DNA of 64,000 bases from Candidatus Bathyarchaeota archaeon (lineage in GTDB: Archaea > Thermoproteota > Bathyarchaeia > TCS64): positions 192,001 to 256,000 of the forward strand of contig CAVYLP010000003.1 in assembly GCA_963769425.1 (NCBI GenBank), in the 5' to 3' direction. Of this stretch, positions 60,313 to 64,000 are shown one piece after another; the first letter of the stretch is position 1, and each line of letters begins with the position of its first letter. The translations under genes and the position numbers were made by a program. The notes beneath the pieces were generated by a model that was given only the letters and a program-made list of their open reading frames with translations, made no database searches and was not told the origin of the DNA.

Positions 60313-60997
60313 GGCTGAGCAGCGCTTCGGGTAGATCTTGCATCGACTTGATCGTAGCGTCGGGCTTCGCTGCTTCCATCGCCACCTTGTTCGTGAAGTA
60401 GACTGGAATCGCGATAGTCCTAGCCCCCGCTGCCTTACCCGCCAGCACGTCGTTGTGGCTGTCACCCACCATCACGCCGTCTAGTGGGTCTACACCCATC
60501 TCCTTGAAGCAGGCCAGAACCTGGTCGGGGTGGGGCTTCATGAGCAGGCCAGGGGTTCTACCGACAACGGATTGGAAGAACTGGGAAACCTCTAGTCTAT
60601 CGAGAATCTCCTTCGCAACGCCACCCGAGTTCGAGGTGCAGACCGCCATTTTAACCCCCTGATCCCTGAGCCATCCCAGCGTCTCACGGGTCCCCGGCAT
60701 GAAACCGCACATCTCGATCCCCTCGGCCTCGTAGCCGTCCAGCACCCCCCATATTCTACCGCGCAGCTCCTCGATCTCCTCCCGAGACTGCGTAGTTGCG
60801 AGCCGGGTCTCCATCTCGTGGATCAGGTTGAAGAGACCCTTAGAGGTGCAGCTCGAGATCATTTCCTCGCTGCAACCGCACGCCCGGTAAGCCCCGACAA
60901 CTTCCTCCTGTGCCTCCCTCCACCTGACATGCTCACCAAGGTCGATGAGTGTGGCGTCCAGATCGAATACTATACCTTTGATCTTTAAGGGAGTCAA
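60305..60997 (-). CDS. HAD-family hydrolase (phosphoglycolate phosphatase-like)
   Basis: FDLDATL, CTSN, KPHP and VGDS.ND. Confidence 0.88.
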   Translation of the reverse strand: MTPLKIKGIVFDLDATLIDLGEHVRWREAQEEVVGAYRACGCSEEMISSCTSKGLFNLIHEMETRLATTQSREEIEELRGRIWGVLDGYEAEGIEMCGFMPGTRETLGWLRDQGVKMAVCTSNSGGVAKEILDRLEVSQFFQSVVGRTPGLLMKPHPDQVLACFKEMGVDPLDGVMVGDSHNDVLAGKAAGARTIAIPVYFTNKVAMEAAKPDATIKSMQDLPEALLSLR

Positions 60998-61037
60998 GAC
61001 GAATGCGGAGAGTGGGTTCAGGTTATTTATAGTTGTG

Positions 61038-61115
61038 TGGAGCCCCGGGCGGGATTTGGACCCGCGATCTTTTGCTTACCAAGCAAACGCTTTAGCCTGG
61101 CTAAGCCACCGGGGC
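61038..61115 (-). tRNA. tRNA-Thr(GGU), CCA encoded, no intron
   Basis: GCCCCGG acceptor stem; anticodon arm TTTGC-TTGGTAA-GCAAA; T arm GCGGG-TCCAAAT-CCCGC; 3' TCCA. Confidence 0.92.
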
Positions 61116-61431
61116 GAACAATCATAAGCACAGGGAGGATTGATTTTAAGCTTATCCCGCTTAGAATAGGGGTCTAAATGAAAAAGGAAATAGACGCCAG
61201 CCTTTCGTCAATGAGTGTGTTTTTCTAGTTACTAAATAACTGATATTATAGACTATTTTCCCTAACGCGGCGATTATCAACGTCCGTAAAAATCGTGTAA
61301 TAAACCCGAGTGAAACTGAGTGAAAATGATGCGAAAGTAATTTCTGATTAATGCCATTATATTTATATACTCAGAAATTATCCTATTTGTGGGGCTGATT
61401 AGTAGTGGCTCAGGTTGGTTCTAAGCGAGCG

Positions 61432-61641
61432 ATGGTCGAGCGCATCGTGCAGACGACCCGCGAGGAGGCGGCATCCAAACGCAGGAGCGTGGAGACCATC
61501 GACCCGATCATCAAGGTCGGGCGAAGGATGTACCCGTACCTCTCTGATCGTGATCTCCTCGACTGCGCATCTACCGCCCTTCGTGTCATCCTCAGCAAAA
61601 AGGGGTCAGATCCCCTCCAAATGACCCTTGTCACCTACTGA
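61432..61641 (+). CDS. Small hypothetical protein
   Basis: ORF with host-like codon usage downstream of a strong TATA (TTTATATA near 61362). Confidence 0.55.
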   Translation: MVERIVQTTREEAASKRRSVETIDPIIKVGRRMYPYLSDRDLLDCASTALRVILSKKGSDPLQMTLVTY

Positions 61642-62467
61642 GTCCGGCTAGTTCCCGCACCTTGTCCATGTTCTGGTAATCGCTGCGTCTGCTATCTATC
61701 GGCGTCTCCATTATCAGGGGTCTCTTGGCTAGTTGGCTCACGAGTATGCGGCGGAACCCTTCCACTCCGATCTTGCCGAGTCCAATATGATCGTGGTGGT
61801 CAACCCCTGAGCCGAGTTCACCAAAGGAGTCGTTTAGATGGACGAGTTTGAGCTTGCTGAAGCCGATTGTCTTCCTTAGTACCCGAAGCGTCTGGGCGAG
61901 GCCATCCTCTGTTGCTATATTGTAGCCTGCCGCGAACGTGTGGCACGTGTCAAGGCAGAACCCGAGCTTCTTGCTCCCAAGTTCGTTGATGAGGTCGGCT
62001 ATATAGCCGAAGTTTGACCCCATATGACCTCCCGAGCCTGAATCGTTCTCAAGGAGTATCATGGAGCTGTCCTCGTCGACTGCTTGTCCAAGGGCCTGTA
62101 TAAGACGCAGCCTCCCACCCTCGGCGCCCGAGCCCACGTGGCTCCCGATGTGGGTCACGATGTACAATATACCTAACTCCTTGCACCTCTCAGTCTCCTC
62201 GATGAGTGCGTCTACGGATTTCTTGTAGATGGTGTCGCTTGGGCTGGCGAGATTTGGGAGGTAGGGCATGTGGGAGAAGACAGGGCCTATCCCCGACTCC
62301 CTATGCTTTCGGCGGAACACCCTGACCTCATCTGGGTTGAGGGGCTTGGACTTCCAAGTCCTCGGGTTCCGGGTGAATATCTGGAAGGCTGTGCACCCGA
62401 GAAGTTGAGCCCTGTCGAAAGACTGGTCTATGGAACCGGATATTGAGACGTGAAAGCCCAGCTTCAC
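61631..62467 (-). CDS. nfo: Endonuclease IV (AP endonuclease)
   Basis: GFHVSISG, QIFTRNPR, HMPYLPNL, LEN, DTCH, HLNDS and DHH. Confidence 0.93.
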   Translation of the reverse strand: MKLGFHVSISGSIDQSFDRAQLLGCTAFQIFTRNPRTWKSKPLNPDEVRVFRRKHRESGIGPVFSHMPYLPNLASPSDTIYKKSVDALIEETERCKELGILYIVTHIGSHVGSGAEGGRLRLIQALGQAVDEDSSMILLENDSGSGGHMGSNFGYIADLINELGSKKLGFCLDTCHTFAAGYNIATEDGLAQTLRVLRKTIGFSKLKLVHLNDSFGELGSGVDHHDHIGLGKIGVEGFRRILVSQLAKRPLIMETPIDSRRSDYQNMDKVRELAGLSR

Positions 62468-62513
62468 GATTGAGATAAAGGTCTCCGGGGTATTAAAAGT
62501 GGGAGAAGAAGGG

Positions 62514-63857
62514 CTACGATGCCTTCTTGACCGCCTTCTCGAGGATCTCCATCCCAGAGTCTAAGATGTCGTCCTCGATGGTGAGCGGCGGGTGGAGGCG
62601 TACGCAGTTGTTGTAGAGCCCAGCCTTTAGGATCATTAGGCCGCTGCTGAGGCAGGTCTTGATGACCTTGCTGCTCGCGTCGGGGTTGGGAGTCTTGGAC
62701 TTCTTGTCCGTGACGAACTCCATCGCGAGCATTGGGCCTAGTCCCCTGACGTCGCCGATGATCTCGTACTTCTCCTTCATCTCCTCAAGCATCGGGCGTA
62801 GGTGCTTGCCCATCTTGGCGGAGTGCTCCACAATCTTCTCGCGCTTTATTAACTCAAGCACTTTAAGACCCGTTGCACAGGCGATCGGGTTGCCACCGTA
62901 GGTGCCGCCCATGCTGCCTGGGTAGGTGTCCTTCATCAACTCATCCTTAGCGACCACGCAGCTGAGGGGGAGGCCAGAGGCGATTGCCTTGGCCATGGTC
63001 ATGATGTCGGGCTCGATGCCGTAGTGCTCGATTGCCCACATCTTGCCGGTGCGGCCGAAGCCCGTCTGGACCTCGTCGATGATCATCTTAATGCCGTGCT
63101 CGTCGGCGAGCTTCTTCAGTTCCTTGAACCAGTCGAGTGGCGGTGTGATGAAGCCTCCCTCGCCCTGAACTGGTTCGGCGATTATCGCGCCGACGGTGGA
63201 GGGGTCGACCTGTGTTTTGAAGATGCTGTGTTCTATGTGTTCGATGCATGCGTGTCCGCAGTCTGGGTACTCGACGTGGAATGGGCATCTGTAGCAGTAG
63301 GCGTAGGGCGTGAAGTAAACGCCGGGTACAAATGGTCCGAAGCCTACCTTGTATGGGTCCCACTTGCCCGTGAGGGTCATAGCCATCCACGTCCTGCCGT
63401 GGAAGCTGTTCTCGAAGCTCAGTATGTTCGGCCTCTTAGTCCCCTGGCGGACGAGCTTTACCGCGTTCTCGACGGCCTCGCTCCCACTATTCAGGAACAT
63501 GGCCCTCTTCTTGTAAGTGCCAGGTGTGACCTTCACCATCGCCTCAGCGAGCTTCACGTATGGCTCGTAGTTGACGACGTGTATGCAGCCGTGGATGAGC
63601 TTGCCCGCCTGGTCGCAGATCGTGTCGACGATCTCCTGTTTGCAGTGGCCTAGGCTGACGACGCCTATTCCGCTCGTGAAGTCGATCAGGGTGTTCCCGT
63701 CGACGTCCGTTACTAATGCGCCCTTTGACTCGGCTACACCGATGGGCTGTGTGAGGTAGACACCCGGCGGCACGAACTCGTTTCTCTCCGCGAGCAGCGC
63801 CTTGCTCTTTGGGCCGGGTATCTCTGTGATGAGGTTAGGAACCTTCGCCTTCGGCAT
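62514..63857 (-). CDS. gabT: Class III PLP aminotransferase (4-aminobutyrate aminotransferase-like)
   Basis: DFTSGIGV, NSGSEAVENA, FHGRT, EPVQGEGG, DEVQTGFGRTG, AK and GGTYGGNP. Confidence 0.85.
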   Translation of the reverse strand: MPKAKVPNLITEIPGPKSKALLAERNEFVPPGVYLTQPIGVAESKGALVTDVDGNTLIDFTSGIGVVSLGHCKQEIVDTICDQAGKLIHGCIHVVNYEPYVKLAEAMVKVTPGTYKKRAMFLNSGSEAVENAVKLVRQGTKRPNILSFENSFHGRTWMAMTLTGKWDPYKVGFGPFVPGVYFTPYAYCYRCPFHVEYPDCGHACIEHIEHSIFKTQVDPSTVGAIIAEPVQGEGGFITPPLDWFKELKKLADEHGIKMIIDEVQTGFGRTGKMWAIEHYGIEPDIMTMAKAIASGLPLSCVVAKDELMKDTYPGSMGGTYGGNPIACATGLKVLELIKREKIVEHSAKMGKHLRPMLEEMKEKYEIIGDVRGLGPMLAMEFVTDKKSKTPNPDASSKVIKTCLSSGLMILKAGLYNNCVRLHPPLTIEDDILDSGMEILEKAVKKAS

Positions 63858-63930
63858 GTTCCATCGACTATGGTTCCTTGATTCAGCTAATAACGGTAAT
63901 GGTGAGTAAAAGTGGCGAGAGGGAGGGGGT

Positions 63931-64000
63931 TTATGCGACGGTGAGGGCTAGGACCGCCTTCTCAGTGTGCATCCTGTTCTCGCCCTCATCGAAGACTACG
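63931..64000 (-). CDS. C-terminal end of an ornithine/putrescine carbamoyltransferase (partial)
   Basis: VVFDEGENRMHTEKAVLALTVA*, matching the transcarbamylase ENRxH motif. Confidence 0.75.
   Translation of the reverse strand, partial: VVFDEGENRMHTEKAVLALTVA

Noticed and set aside
1-64000. Numerous antisense and nested ORFs in the track
   Set aside because: They overlap well-supported genes and reflect GC-rich third codon positions; no recognisable motifs.

Overview
Archaeal chromosomal window, most likely Bathyarchaeia/TACK. The call rests on archaeal r-proteins (L19e, L32e, S4e), Rnp1, class I LysRS, aEF-2, prefoldin, NucS, the tetraether synthase Tes and frequent TTG/GTG starts. Most of it is housekeeping: the L3-to-SecY r-protein cluster on the minus strand, tRNA synthetases, amino-acid and sugar catabolism, ECF transport and one tRNA-Thr(GGU). 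About nine single-base frameshifts in conserved genes look like assembly indel errors. The most unusual part is a ~1.5 kb island (34.9-36.45 kb). It holds an unannotated C2H2 zinc-finger microprotein and two tandem modules, each made of an identical 19-bp promoter-like leader, 9-10 phased ~21-bp repeats (core CCRCYACNAGGAA) and a closing inverted repeat. These are followed by a decayed viral terminase large-subunit fragment and a Zn-ribbon protein. A near-identical leader precedes a dual-guide box C/D sRNA at 57654-57716, predicted to target tRNA-Leu(CAA) C34 and 23S rRNA. This suggests the repeat arrays may be transcribed as non-coding RNAs. All family calls are by motif recognition only; no searches were run.
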